Assembly (NCBI GenBank): GCA_963716175.1
Contig: OY970296.1
Coordinates: 2,528,001 to 2,592,000 of the forward strand
DNA length: 64,000 bases
Source of the DNA: an uncultured Armatimonadetes bacterium
GTDB taxonomy: Bacteria > Armatimonadota > Hebobacteria > Hebobacterales > Hebobacteraceae
Direction: 5' to 3'
The position numbers were made by a program, and so were the translations under genes. The notes beneath the pieces are model-generated. The model was not told where the DNA came from and made no database searches. It worked only from the letters and a program-made list of their open reading frames with translations. Shown piece by piece: positions 50,030 through 60,387 of this stretch (the first letter of the stretch is position 1; the number at the start of each line of letters is the position of its first letter).

Positions 50030-51211
50030 ATGCTGACAATTGGCCGAGCGGAAGCAGATGCCGCAGCGCGGGTGATCATGAGTGGGCGGTTGTTCCGGTT
50101 TGGCACGGGCAGCGAGTGCGCCAAGTTCGAGCGCGAGCTGGCGAAGAAGACCGGGACGAAGCATGCGCTCCTGGTGACCAGCGGAACGGGTGCGCTGATC
50201 TGTGGGTTGGCCGGGCTCGGGGTGGGACCGGGAGATGAGGTGATAGTGCCGGCCTACACCTTCATGGCCACCCCGGCGGCGGTGGTGGCGGTGGGGGCGA
50301 TCCCGGTGATAGCCGAAGTTGACGAGTCGCTGATGCTGGACGCCGCGGATACAGAGGCCAAGATCACACGGCGCACCAAGGCCATCATCCCGGTGCACAT
50401 GGTGGGGCTGACGGCGGATATGAATGGCATCATGCGAGTGGCGCGCCGGCACGGGGTCAAAGTGCTGGAGGACGGATGCCAGGCCGATGGCGGTTCCTAT
50501 CGGGGCAAGCGGCTGGGTTCGATCGGACATGTGGGGGCCTTCAGCTTCAACTACTACAAGAACATCACCTCCGGCGAGGGCGGCGCGGTCGTCACCAATG
50601 ACGACGCAGCCTACGAGCGCGCCATCATCATGCACGACCCGGGGACGGCCTTCCGCGCCCACCGCGCAGACTTGAGCATTGAGCCCTTCATCGGGATGGC
50701 ATTCCGCATGAACGAGATCCAGGCCGCGGTGCTGCGGGTTCAGCTCAAGCGAATAGACGGCCTGCTGGCGAAGCTGCGGGCTAACAAGAGGAAGATCGTG
50801 GCCGGGATCGCCGACACCGGGCTGACCCTGACCAAGAACAACGACGTGGAGGGGGACTGCGCCACCACGCTTGCCTTCACCTTCAAGACCCCGAAACAGG
50901 CGCGCACCTTCATCAGCTTGCTGGAGAAGCAGCGGGTAGGCGCCAGCACCCCGATAGACAGCGGGCGCCACGTCTACTCGAACTGGGATCCTATCCTGCA
51001 GCGGCGCGGGGCCCATCACAAGGCCATGAACCCCTACCTGCGGCCGCAGAACCGGGGCTCCAAGGTCAGGTACACGAAGACGATGTGCCCGCGGACCACG
51101 GACCTCCTCAGCAGGTCGGTGTTCACTGGCATCAGGCACAACTGGACGGCCGCGCAGTTGAAGCGGCGGATCAAGGCGATCGGGCAGGCCGCCGCCGGGA
51201 TGAAACTGTAA
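50030..51211 (+). CDS. DegT/DnrJ/EryC1/StrS PLP-dependent aminotransferase
   Basis: SGTGAL, GDEVIVPAYTF, EDGCQA, FSFNYYKNITSGEGG. Confidence 0.93.
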   Translation: MLTIGRAEADAAARVIMSGRLFRFGTGSECAKFERELAKKTGTKHALLVTSGTGALICGLAGLGVGPGDEVIVPAYTFMATPAAVVAVGAIPVIAEVDESLMLDAADTEAKITRRTKAIIPVHMVGLTADMNGIMRVARRHGVKVLEDGCQADGGSYRGKRLGSIGHVGAFSFNYYKNITSGEGGAVVTNDDAAYERAIIMHDPGTAFRAHRADLSIEPFIGMAFRMNEIQAAVLRVQLKRIDGLLAKLRANKRKIVAGIADTGLTLTKNNDVEGDCATTLAFTFKTPKQARTFISLLEKQRVGASTPIDSGRHVYSNWDPILQRRGAHHKAMNPYLRPQNRGSKVRYTKTMCPRTTDLLSRSVFTGIRHNWTAAQLKRRIKAIGQAAAGMKL

Positions 51212-51307
51212 GGTGGCGAGACCCGGCCCGCGGCCGGCCGCTGTGCGCGGGCTGTTGGGCAGGGCGCCCGAGGCGCCCTGCCCATGTGCTATGGGGGAGT
51301 GAGGGAT

Positions 51308-52432
51308 ATGAGGATCACCGACTGGACGGTGCACACGCCGGACCGCAACTATCACGTGTTTGTCGAGCTGCACACGGATGCCGGGGTCACCGGGTGGGGC
51401 TCGGCCTTCTCTCAGACCCCGCAGCTGGTGGGCGCGCTGGGGTGGCTGAAGCGATTCGTCGTGGGCGAGAATCCGCTTGAGATCGAGCGAGTGACCGAGA
51501 AGCTCCACCAGCTTACCTTCTGGCACGGACGCGGGGGCGCCATGACCCATGCCATCAGCGCCATCAACATCGCGCTCTGGGACCTGACCGGAAAGGCGCT
51601 GGGGCAGCCGGTGAGCGTGCTGCTCGGGGGTCGGTACCATCACGCGGTCCCGGCTTATGGTTCGGTGCTCTTCCATCCTGTGGACACTCTTCCTCAGCGG
51701 ATCGCGGCCATGAGGGAGCGGGGCTTTCGCGCGATGAAACTGGGATGGGACCCGTTTGGGCAGCAGAGCCTGGGCGAGGATGAGAAGCTGATCGAGACCG
51801 CGCGCCAGGCCGCGGGCGACGAGACCACGCTGCTGGTGGACGCGGGGGGCAGCAACCCATACTGGACGAACCGGCTCAAGGACGCGCTGGAACGGGCGAA
51901 GATGTTGGCCGACTACCGGGCCTACTGGTACGAGGAGCCGCTGCCGCCGGATGACCTCGACGGATATGTGCGGCTGACGGAACTCTCGCCCATCAAGATC
52001 GCCCATGGCGAGGTGCTGACCCGCCGCCAGTCGTTCGTCCCCTACTTCCGGCAGCGAGCCATGGACATCGTCCAGCCGGATGCCACGAAGGTCGGTGGGC
52101 TGTCGGAGGTGCGCCGCATCGGCTGGATGGCCGAGGAGCACGGCATCGAGCTGGTGCCCCATGGTTGGAACACCGCGCTCGGGGTGGCCGCTGACATCCA
52201 CCTGGTCTCCTCGCTCTACACCAGGTCGTTCGTCGAGTTCAACGTGGGCAATCCGATGGTGGAGGAGATCGTTGATCCTCCCCTCCGCTTGGACGAGAAC
52301 GGCTGCTTAGCGGTTCCGACCGGCCCTGGCCTGGGCGTGAACCTGGATCGGGAACGGCTGAGGCACTTCCAGGAGTCCGGCTTCTCCAGCGCCTCCTGGA
52401 CCTGGGAAGAGACCGGGCAGTTCGAGGCCTGA
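51308..52432 (+). CDS. Mandelate racemase/muconate lactonizing enzyme family (acid-sugar dehydratase-like)
   Basis: ALWDLTGKALGQP, LLVDAG, WYEEP, AHGE, QPDATKVGG, PH. Confidence 0.9.
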   Translation: MRITDWTVHTPDRNYHVFVELHTDAGVTGWGSAFSQTPQLVGALGWLKRFVVGENPLEIERVTEKLHQLTFWHGRGGAMTHAISAINIALWDLTGKALGQPVSVLLGGRYHHAVPAYGSVLFHPVDTLPQRIAAMRERGFRAMKLGWDPFGQQSLGEDEKLIETARQAAGDETTLLVDAGGSNPYWTNRLKDALERAKMLADYRAYWYEEPLPPDDLDGYVRLTELSPIKIAHGEVLTRRQSFVPYFRQRAMDIVQPDATKVGGLSEVRRIGWMAEEHGIELVPHGWNTALGVAADIHLVSSLYTRSFVEFNVGNPMVEEIVDPPLRLDENGCLAVPTGPGLGVNLDRERLRHFQESGFSSASWTWEETGQFEA

Positions 52433-52468
52433 CCACCGGCCGCCGGAGGCGGCCCGAAGGGGGATGCC

Positions 52469-53422
52469 ATGCGCGTATTCGCTGTCATCAATGGCTACAC
52501 CGGTGCGCTCTGTCTGCGAGAGCTGATCGAGCAGGGACACGAGGTGGTGGGAGTGGTTACCGCAGCAGCGCACCGGCCCGGGGACCCCGAGGAGACTGTG
52601 ATCGGTGTCGCCGCGCGGCATCTGTTGCCGGTGTATATGCCTTCGGTTGATCTGGTCAAGGAGCCAGCGAGGGAATTCGTGGACCTGGTGCGTGCCGCGC
52701 GGCCCGATCTGATCGTCTCCATGCACTATCCAGCTATCTTCAAGCCGGTCCTCTTGGAGATCCCACCCCTGGGCTGCGTCAACATCCACCCGTCGAAGGT
52801 GCCGGAAGGACGGGGCATGACTCCCTCCTTCTGGTATCTCTATCTGGGCAGAGATACCGCCTGGACCGCGCTGCACTACCTGGACCCGGGTGTGGATTCA
52901 GGGGACGTGATCGCCCTTGCCTCTGTCCCCATCACCCATGACGATACCGGCGCCACCGTCTCGCGGAAGCTCTCCGAGGCCGCCTGGATGCTGTTTCGCG
53001 AGCATCTCCCGGCCATTGTGTCAGGGAAGGCGCCCCGCCAGAAGCAGGATCTCTCGCAGGGCAGCTACCTCCGTTCTGGTTTCGACTGGAACCTGATCCG
53101 ATGGTCGCGGGAGGCGCAGGGCATCCGGGGCCAGATCCGATGCTTCACCAACAGCGGAAGCCCGGCCTACACCTTCGTCAGCGGCGCCAAGCTTACCATC
53201 AATGATGCCGAGGTGGCGGCGGCCGAAGAGCGCGTTGCGGCGCACGAGGAAGCGGTGCCCGGCGAAGTGCTGGCGGCCATAGGCAAGGGCCCACTGGTGA
53301 AGACCGGAGACGGCCAGTTGGTGCTGACCGATTTCGCCCTGGAGGGTGGGTCGGCGGGCAGGCGAGACATGCCCGCCCTACAGATCCTCGTCGGGGGCCG
53401 GGCGCGGGTGGTGTTGGGCTGA
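52469..53422 (+). CDS. 10-formyl-THF-dependent formyltransferase (Fmt/ArnA-like)
   Basis: NIHPSKVPEGRG, LHYLDPGVDSGD; C-terminal Fmt domain PGEV...VKTGDGQL. Confidence 0.85.
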   Translation: MRVFAVINGYTGALCLRELIEQGHEVVGVVTAAAHRPGDPEETVIGVAARHLLPVYMPSVDLVKEPAREFVDLVRAARPDLIVSMHYPAIFKPVLLEIPPLGCVNIHPSKVPEGRGMTPSFWYLYLGRDTAWTALHYLDPGVDSGDVIALASVPITHDDTGATVSRKLSEAAWMLFREHLPAIVSGKAPRQKQDLSQGSYLRSGFDWNLIRWSREAQGIRGQIRCFTNSGSPAYTFVSGAKLTINDAEVAAAEERVAAHEEAVPGEVLAAIGKGPLVKTGDGQLVLTDFALEGGSAGRRDMPALQILVGGRARVVLG

Positions 53423-53456
53423 GTCGTCTTGTAGGGCGGGCGTGCCCACGCCCGCC

Positions 53457-54272
53457 TCACAGCAGCGTGCCGGGCCGGGCGGCGAGGATGCGCTCGGCGT
53501 TGCCGTGCAAGATCGCGTGCCGGTCCTGGTCGGTAATGCGCGAGAAGCAGACCGAGCCGATCGCCCAGTGGGGATCGAACCAGGGGAGGTCTGTCCCGAA
53601 CAGGATCTTCTGCGCTCCCACTTCCTTGACCATGCGCTCGATGATACCGTTCACCCGGTAGGCAGCGCAAAGATCCAGGTGCACATTGTCGTGCTCTTTG
53701 GCGGCAGCAAAGGCTGGCTCCCATTCCCCGTATCCAGAGTGGCCCATGATGAAGGTGACGTGTGGGTACTTCTCGGCCAGGGGCGGGATCATACGTGGGC
53801 CATCATACTCGCTGTGGCCCCAGGTATGGGTCAGCACGATCAGCCTGTGCTCCTCAGCGTATTCCAGCGCCGGGGAGTAGCCCTCTCCGGTCAGCCGGTA
53901 GGAATGCTGATCCGGGTGGAACTTGAATCCCACGAAGCCCGGGTCCTGCGGGAAGCGATCCACCTCTCTGCGCGCAGGCTGGGGATAGTTCGGGTTCACC
54001 ACCCGATAGCCGTAGAACCGGCCGGGGTGATCTCTCACCACCTCCGCCATCTCCTGGTTGCCCCGCTCCTGGTCAACCAGCGCTGAATGCGAGCTGCAGG
54101 CAGTGGCGGAGACCCCACAGCGGTCCATGCTGTCCAGCATTCCCTGGGCATAGGGCTTCGGCAGATAGATGCCCCAGAAGGGCCCGTAGTGGCCGTGCAT
54201 GTCAATCACCGGGCAGCTCTCCGACCGGCCCCTGCTCAGAAACTCCTTCGCCAGCGCCGAGCTGTTGTTCAT
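53457..54272 (-). CDS. Amidohydrolase family protein
   Basis: IDMHGH, GFKFHP, MGHSG, ILFGTDLP, GNA. Confidence 0.9.
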   Translation of the reverse strand: MNNSSALAKEFLSRGRSESCPVIDMHGHYGPFWGIYLPKPYAQGMLDSMDRCGVSATACSSHSALVDQERGNQEMAEVVRDHPGRFYGYRVVNPNYPQPARREVDRFPQDPGFVGFKFHPDQHSYRLTGEGYSPALEYAEEHRLIVLTHTWGHSEYDGPRMIPPLAEKYPHVTFIMGHSGYGEWEPAFAAAKEHDNVHLDLCAAYRVNGIIERMVKEVGAQKILFGTDLPWFDPHWAIGSVCFSRITDQDRHAILHGNAERILAARPGTLL

Positions 54273-55006
54273 AGCTTCACCTCCGCCAGCAGGCGGCGCA
54301 GGTTGCCTCCCGCGATCGCCACTCTGGCCTCGTCACTGATATCGGCCGTGGCCACCATCATCAGCGACCCGCCCATTTGCAGTTCCGGGAATCCGCTGCC
54401 ATAGACCAGCCGATCGGGGCCGTACTTCCTGACCGCGTCGGCTATGCCTCCATCGAGCGCGTAGTTCGATGTGTCCACGTGGAAGCCGGGGTAGTGCTCC
54501 AGCAGGGGCCGGTAATAGCGGTCCTCTCCCCAGCTCCCATGCCCGGTCACGATGACGACAAGCCGCGGGAATTCCGCCAGCAGAGCGGTGACGTTCCTCC
54601 AGTCCGGCCCCAGGATCAGCGGGATGCGGCGCGTGATCATCTCCTCCAGCAGCGGCCCGAAAGTGAGACCGTTCAGCAGATAACGGTGCTGCTCGGGATA
54701 GGCGATGAGCGCTTTCACGCCCTGCTTCCGCATTCCCTCCAACCATTCCGCCACAGTCCCCATCTCCCCCGTCTGCGGCGGCAGGATGGCCCAGGCCGGA
54801 TGCAGGCGCGGCAGGCCACGCGTCTCCCCCACCACCAGGCGATTCCCGGCTTGCGCCGACTCGTCCCGCATGGCGGCATGCCAGACCAGGGCCGCCGCCA
54901 CGCCGCAGGAATCCATCTCCTTCAGCAGTTCCTGGGCGGTGGCCGCGAAGGGCCCCGGCGGCACTCGCGCCACCCCGAAGCCGATGTTGCAGTCAAACCA
55001 TTCCAT
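54269..55006 (-). CDS. Amidohydrolase-like protein lacking the usual HxH metal ligands
   Basis: FDCNIGFG in place of DxHxH; RLVYGSGFP; GGNLRRLL; translationally coupled to the neighbouring amidohydrolase. Confidence 0.75.
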   Translation of the reverse strand: MEWFDCNIGFGVARVPPGPFAATAQELLKEMDSCGVAAALVWHAAMRDESAQAGNRLVVGETRGLPRLHPAWAILPPQTGEMGTVAEWLEGMRKQGVKALIAYPEQHRYLLNGLTFGPLLEEMITRRIPLILGPDWRNVTALLAEFPRLVVIVTGHGSWGEDRYYRPLLEHYPGFHVDTSNYALDGGIADAVRKYGPDRLVYGSGFPELQMGGSLMMVATADISDEARVAIAGGNLRRLLAEVKL

Positions 55007-55292
55007 GCTCGCTCCTGCTTGGCGGCGGGCCTGGGCTTGTCCGCCTCTGGCGGCGATGCCCGCCCTACAGGTCCCATGTTTTCCGCAAACGCCGGCGGGA
55101 ACCCTTCGCTTTCACTCGCGGCGCGCTCTTCGGCTTCGCGGAGGGCAGGCCTCGGCGGCCGCTCGCGAGCACGTTGCCTGGCCACTCGATCTGCTGTAAA
55201 CTGGAAGACGCACGAGCGGATCGCCCAATGGCTGTGTGCTGTTCTGGCTGCTTCGCCCGGCCGTAAGGTTCACGAGAGGAGAAGAGATTGGC

Positions 55293-57116
55293 GTGAACTC
55301 CCTCACTCTGCTGATCGCTGCCGCCTGCTGCTTCGTGCTGGGCTATCGCTACTACTCGGCTTTTCTGGCCGCCCGGGTGGCGATGGTGGACCCAGACAGG
55401 CCAACGCCCGCGCACCAGTTGGAAGATGGCAAGGACTACGTGCCCACGAACCGCTACGTCTTGTTCGGGCATCACTTCGCCGCCATCTCCGGGGCCGGTC
55501 CTCTCATCGGGCCGGTGCTGGCTGCGCAGTGGGGGGTGTTGCCCGGCGCCATCTGGATCGTGGTGGGAGCGGTGCTGGCGGGGGCCGTGCACGACTTCAT
55601 CATCCTGGTGGCCTCCGTGCGCTGCCGGGGCATGTCTCTCTCTGAGATCGCCGGCGCGCATATCGGCCCCACGGCGCGGATCATCACCAGCGTCGCCATC
55701 CTCTTCATCATCACCACCGCGCTGGCGGGCCTGGCGATCTCGGTGGTGAAAGCTCTTGCCGACAGCGCGTGGGGCACCTTCTCCATCGCCTGCACTATCC
55801 CCATCGCCCTGCTGGTGGGGCTGTACCTGCACGTGCTGCGGCCGGGCAAAGTGGCCGAAGCGAGCGTCATCGGGGTAAGCCTGATGGTGGCCGCGGTGGT
55901 GTTCGGGGCCCAGGTGCCTCACACTTCCTGGGGACAGCACTTCCTCCTGACCGAGACGCAGCTCAAGCTGCTGCTCCCGACGTACGGCTTCATCGCCTCG
56001 GTGCTGCCGGTGTGGATGCTGCTTTGCCCGCGCGACTACCTGAGTTCTTACATGAAGATAGGCACCATCGCGCTGCTGGCAGTGGGGATCGCGCTGGTGC
56101 ACCCGCAGTTGCGCATGCCGCTGACCACTGACTTCCTGCGCGGAGGTGGAGTGGTGGTCCCCGGGACGGTGTGGCCCTTCGTCTGCATCACCATCATGTG
56201 CGGTGCGATCTCTGGATTCCATGCCCTGATCGCCTCGGGCACCACCCCCAAGATGATCAGCTCCGAGGGGGATCTCCGGTTCATCGGGTATGGCGCCATG
56301 CTGATGGAGGGCTTCGTCGCCATCACCGCCCTGATCGCGGCCTCCTCGCTGCTCCCTTACGACTACTTCGCGATCAATGCCAGGTCCACGGCCCTCATCC
56401 CCGGCTGGGCCGGAACCGGAGGCAATCTGCAAGCGCTGACCGGCATGGTGGGGGAGCAGCGGCTGGTGGGCCGCACCGGGGGCGCGGTCTCGCTGGCTGT
56501 CGGCATGGCCCAGATCTTCTCTGGCATCCCCGGCATGCGCGGCCTGATGGCCTACTGGTATCACTTCGCCATCATGTTCGAGGCCCTGTTCATCCTCACT
56601 GCGGTGGACACTGGCACCCGGGTGGCCCGCTTCATCGTGCACGAGTTCCTCCGCCTGCGCCGGGCCGCCGCCTCCACCGCCGGCCCTGCTGGCTACGGCG
56701 TCATCATCCTCACCAGTGGGGTGGCCTGCTTCTTCTGGGGCTATCTGCTCTACGGCAACGACATCATGAGCATCTGGCCCATGTTTGGCATCGCCAACCA
56801 GTTGCTGGCCGCGATCGCGCTCGCCATCGGCACCACCGTGATCCTGCGGACCACCGCTCACAAGTACGCTCTCACCACCGCCTTGCCGCTGGCTTTCGTG
56901 CTGGTCACAACCCTGTACGCAGGGGAGCTGAACGTCACGCAGAACTACCTGCCGCAGCGATCCTACCTCAACGCGGGACTCACCCTGGCGATGATGGTGA
57001 TGGCGGTGCTGATCACGCTGGATTCGGTCCGGGTCTGGGTGAAGATCCTCGTCGGCAAGGAGGTTCCCGCCGTGCCGGAGCCTGCGGCCGAGCCCGCCTC
57101 CGGCGGCGCCTCCTGA
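55293..57116 (+). CDS. cstA: Carbon starvation protein A family peptide/pyruvate transporter
   Basis: DGKDYVPTN, FGHHFAAISGAGPLIGP, LPVWMLLCPRDYLS, CGAISGFH. Confidence 0.95.
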   Translation: MNSLTLLIAAACCFVLGYRYYSAFLAARVAMVDPDRPTPAHQLEDGKDYVPTNRYVLFGHHFAAISGAGPLIGPVLAAQWGVLPGAIWIVVGAVLAGAVHDFIILVASVRCRGMSLSEIAGAHIGPTARIITSVAILFIITTALAGLAISVVKALADSAWGTFSIACTIPIALLVGLYLHVLRPGKVAEASVIGVSLMVAAVVFGAQVPHTSWGQHFLLTETQLKLLLPTYGFIASVLPVWMLLCPRDYLSSYMKIGTIALLAVGIALVHPQLRMPLTTDFLRGGGVVVPGTVWPFVCITIMCGAISGFHALIASGTTPKMISSEGDLRFIGYGAMLMEGFVAITALIAASSLLPYDYFAINARSTALIPGWAGTGGNLQALTGMVGEQRLVGRTGGAVSLAVGMAQIFSGIPGMRGLMAYWYHFAIMFEALFILTAVDTGTRVARFIVHEFLRLRRAAASTAGPAGYGVIILTSGVACFFWGYLLYGNDIMSIWPMFGIANQLLAAIALAIGTTVILRTTAHKYALTTALPLAFVLVTTLYAGELNVTQNYLPQRSYLNAGLTLAMMVMAVLITLDSVRVWVKILVGKEVPAVPEPAAEPASGGAS

Positions 57117-57238
57117 TTGCGCCCGCCATCTGTTGGGCAGGAGCCGGCCTCCTGCCTGTCGTTGGACGGCAGGTATCGGTCTGTAGGGCGGGCGCGTCTT
57201 CGCATGCCCGCCGTCGCACCAAGCTCAGAGGAGTCGCC

Positions 57239-58126
57239 ATGCTCGTGCTTCGCGTTCTCGTGCTGTCGTGCGGATTGCTTATCAGCGCGCCGCTGCTCAC
57301 CTTGGCCTTTGCTCGGCCGGCCGACGATGTCGAGCGTCTGGTGCTCATTGACGGCCGGTCACTGGACGGCTGGGAAGCCGAGGAGGCAACGCTCACTCCG
57401 ATGGTCGTGGAGGGGACGCCCGCCCTTGCTTTCCGCGTGGTTGTCAACTGGCACGAGGGGGAGGCTCGCTATCCCATCGGCTGGCCCAGGATCGGGAAGA
57501 GCGTGCCGGAGGGCCAGGGGGATTGGTCAGCATGGGAGCAGATGCGGCTGAGGGTCCGCGCGGAAGCAAGCGTTGATGCTCTGCCCTACCAGCCACTCGG
57601 CGTCTCGCTCAGCACCGGTGGCGGCAACGCGAACTGGGAAAGAGAGGCCGAAGGTTTGCGCAAGGATCAGTGGATGGAGTTCACGTTCGACCTCAGCGAC
57701 GTTCCGCAGCGAGAGCGCGTGGATCACGTCGGGCTCTTCATCTCGGAAGCGGACTATCCCGACGGCGCCGAGCTCCAGTTCGGCATCGCGGATCTCGAAC
57801 TGGTGCGGTATCGGCGCCCTACGCTCGTGGGCCTGGAGCCGCTGGCGAGGGTGGCTTTCGCCGATGCCAAGGCGCTGCCCCTGGCGGTGAAGATGTACGG
57901 CCTGTCGGCGGGTGCGACAGCCCCAGTGCAGATCATGCTGCGCCAGGGCCAAAGGGTTGTTACCGAAGACCGGCTCCAGGCGCAGGAGGGCAGCACACAG
58001 CTTTCGCTGTCCCTGCCCGCCGGCCTGGCGCCGGGTGGCTACTCGCTCGTGGTCAGCGGCGGAGGCCGGGAGTTTTCCGAGGCGATCAAGCTGGCGGCCT
58101 CGCCCTGGAAGGAAGGTAGACGATGA
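57239..58126 (+). CDS. Secreted hypothetical protein (possible carbohydrate-binding beta-sandwich)
   Basis: RBS gaggag, signal peptide, coupled to the next gene; no diagnostic motif. Confidence 0.65.
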   Translation: MLVLRVLVLSCGLLISAPLLTLAFARPADDVERLVLIDGRSLDGWEAEEATLTPMVVEGTPALAFRVVVNWHEGEARYPIGWPRIGKSVPEGQGDWSAWEQMRLRVRAEASVDALPYQPLGVSLSTGGGNANWEREAEGLRKDQWMEFTFDLSDVPQRERVDHVGLFISEADYPDGAELQFGIADLELVRYRRPTLVGLEPLARVAFADAKALPLAVKMYGLSAGATAPVQIMLRQGQRVVTEDRLQAQEGSTQLSLSLPAGLAPGGYSLVVSGGGREFSEAIKLAASPWKEGRR

Positions 58127-60387
58127 AGGCCCTGCTGCTGGCTCTCTTTGCGCTCGCCCTCAGCCCCCTGATGACAGGCCCGGCCGCAGCCCAGGTCCTG
58201 ATCTTCGATTTCGGCAGCGACAAGTCGGCCCTGTGGCCAGGAGCAGAGAGGGTGGCGGCCGCCCACCCAGGCTGGCGCTCGCCCAAAGGCCTGGAGGAAT
58301 ACGACGCGCCCGGCACTGGTGATCCCATCTGGACCAATGCCCTCGACCAAGACTGCATCATGGACGCGCAGCCGAATAGCTTCGGCTTCCCCGCGGCCGC
58401 GGGCCAGTGGAAGGTCTATGTCCTGTCCGGGATTGGCGGCCGCTGGGATGGGGACAATTCCCAATACTGGGATTTCGACATCACGGTGGGGCAGGAGACC
58501 CGGCGCTGCCAGATCGAGGCCCCGCAATGGAGCGGCCCGTTCCGATTTGAGCATCATGTCTTCTCGGCCGCCTCCGATGGCCGGATTGACGTGAAGCTGA
58601 GCCCGCGAAGCAAGTGGACCGTGTGCGGCCTGATCGCCTGGCAGCCCGGGGACGAAAGTGCTGCCCAGCGGCTCGTCGAGCAGGTCGAGCGCTGGGCCCC
58701 GGAGGAAGAGATCGCCAAATGGAAAGAGGATGTGCGACCGCCGGCCGGACCCGAGCCTGCGATCAGCGCGGCTGACCGGGAGCGCGGTTTTCTGGTGTGG
58801 CATCGCCACTGGGCAACTCCCATCTACCCCTGGACCAACCCGACGCCTGGTGAGCTGGACCCCACGCTCCGTGTCTTTGCGGCCCCGGGCGAATACGAGC
58901 CCATCACCTTCACCGTGCGGCCGCTTAGCGATATCCGCCGCGCCGAAGTGAAGGTGGCCGACCTGGGCCCGGTGCCCGCGCGCGAGATCGAGACGCGCAA
59001 GGTGCGCTACCTCAGGGCCCGGCCCAATTACGATCGGCGTGGTCTCTATCGCATCGTCCCCGATGTCCTGGACCGCTGGCAGGGCGGGCCGCTGGCGGCC
59101 GGCGAGAACGCTACCTTCTGGCTGACCCTGCACGTGCCGGATGAGGCGCCGCCGGGACTCTATCGCGGCCACCTCGAGTTCGTCGCCGACGGCCACGCAG
59201 TCGAGCTGCCTCTGCTGCTCCGCATTCTCGACGTGCGGCTGGAGGAGGACCCGGCGCATACCTACGGCATCTACTACAACAATCCCCTCTCCCGGGTGGA
59301 GGGCGCGCCGGACGAATGCTCTCGCCAGCACTGGCAGCGGAAGTCGGAGCTGGAGCACGCAGATATGGCGGCGCATGGCACGCGGAACGTGACCCTGGAC
59401 TGCTGGTCCGGGCCGGCCGACGCGCAGGGGAAGTTCAACGTGGCCGAGGCGTTTGGGCTGCTCGAGGCCGAGCTGGAGATGGCGCAGCGTTTCGGGTTCC
59501 AGCCGCCTTACGTCTGCAGCATCAACTCTGAGTCGGTCTATGAGAAGCACATGAAGCAGCCGCTGAAGGAGCACTTGCAGGGAGTGCAGATGCCCCCCGA
59601 TGCCTGCTTCGCCGAGATCACCGCCATGGTGCGGGCGATCGAGGAAGAGCGGAAACGCCGGGGATGGCCCGAGTTCGTCTATCAGCCTTACGACGAGCCC
59701 AATTCGGACCCGGAGGTGGTGCAGTTCATGGTCCGACTCTTCCAGGCCGTCAAGGCCGCGGGGGTTCGCACCTATACCACCGCCTCCCCGGAGAAGCCGG
59801 GCTACCAGCCGTTCAAGCCATTCGTTGATGTCTGGTGCACCCAGACCTTCCTGCCAGAACACGACGCGGTGGTGGCCGATATGAAGGCCCGCGGTGTGGA
59901 GTACTGGTGCTATCCCAACGATATCTCCGGGGAGAATGACCACACCCCTGTCGCCGGCGCTCGCATGACCTATGGCTTTGGCTTCTGGCGCTCGGGCTTC
60001 AGGCGGCTGATCCCGTGGATGTACCAGGACATCACCGGCGACCCGTTCAACTACCTCGATGGGCGGATGCAGGACTTCATGGTCCGCAGCGAACCCGACG
60101 GGACCCCGATCCCGGTCGCACTCTGGGAGGCCTACCGGGAGGGCTACGACGACCTGCGCTACATCTACAGCCTGCAGCAGGCCATCGCGCGGGCCAAGGT
60201 GTCGCCGTCAGCAGAGGTGCGGCAGGAGGCGGCCCAGGCCGAGAAGGCCCTGGATTCGATCTGGAACGCCATTCCCGTGCGCCCTCAATACCAGTACCGC
60301 GGGTTCTGGTCGCCCGAGGAAATGGACGTCCACCGCTGGCTGATCGCGGAACGGCTGGAGCGGCTGACCAAGCTGCTGCGCCTGTAG
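58123..60387 (+). CDS. Secreted putative glycoside hydrolase (DUF4091/GH123-like)
   Basis: Signal peptide; PGEYEP, FWLTLHVP, YDEP, WEAYREGYDDLRY. Confidence 0.7.
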   Translation: MKALLLALFALALSPLMTGPAAAQVLIFDFGSDKSALWPGAERVAAAHPGWRSPKGLEEYDAPGTGDPIWTNALDQDCIMDAQPNSFGFPAAAGQWKVYVLSGIGGRWDGDNSQYWDFDITVGQETRRCQIEAPQWSGPFRFEHHVFSAASDGRIDVKLSPRSKWTVCGLIAWQPGDESAAQRLVEQVERWAPEEEIAKWKEDVRPPAGPEPAISAADRERGFLVWHRHWATPIYPWTNPTPGELDPTLRVFAAPGEYEPITFTVRPLSDIRRAEVKVADLGPVPAREIETRKVRYLRARPNYDRRGLYRIVPDVLDRWQGGPLAAGENATFWLTLHVPDEAPPGLYRGHLEFVADGHAVELPLLLRILDVRLEEDPAHTYGIYYNNPLSRVEGAPDECSRQHWQRKSELEHADMAAHGTRNVTLDCWSGPADAQGKFNVAEAFGLLEAELEMAQRFGFQPPYVCSINSESVYEKHMKQPLKEHLQGVQMPPDACFAEITAMVRAIEEERKRRGWPEFVYQPYDEPNSDPEVVQFMVRLFQAVKAAGVRTYTTASPEKPGYQPFKPFVDVWCTQTFLPEHDAVVADMKARGVEYWCYPNDISGENDHTPVAGARMTYGFGFWRSGFRRLIPWMYQDITGDPFNYLDGRMQDFMVRSEPDGTPIPVALWEAYREGYDDLRYIYSLQQAIARAKVSPSAEVRQEAAQAEKALDSIWNAIPVRPQYQYRGFWSPEEMDVHRWLIAERLERLTKLLRL

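Noticed and set aside
52469-53422. Housekeeping methionyl-tRNA formyltransferase (fmt)
   Set aside because: Lacks the typical FMGTP N-terminus and def/rsmB context; better treated as a sugar or small-molecule formyltransferase
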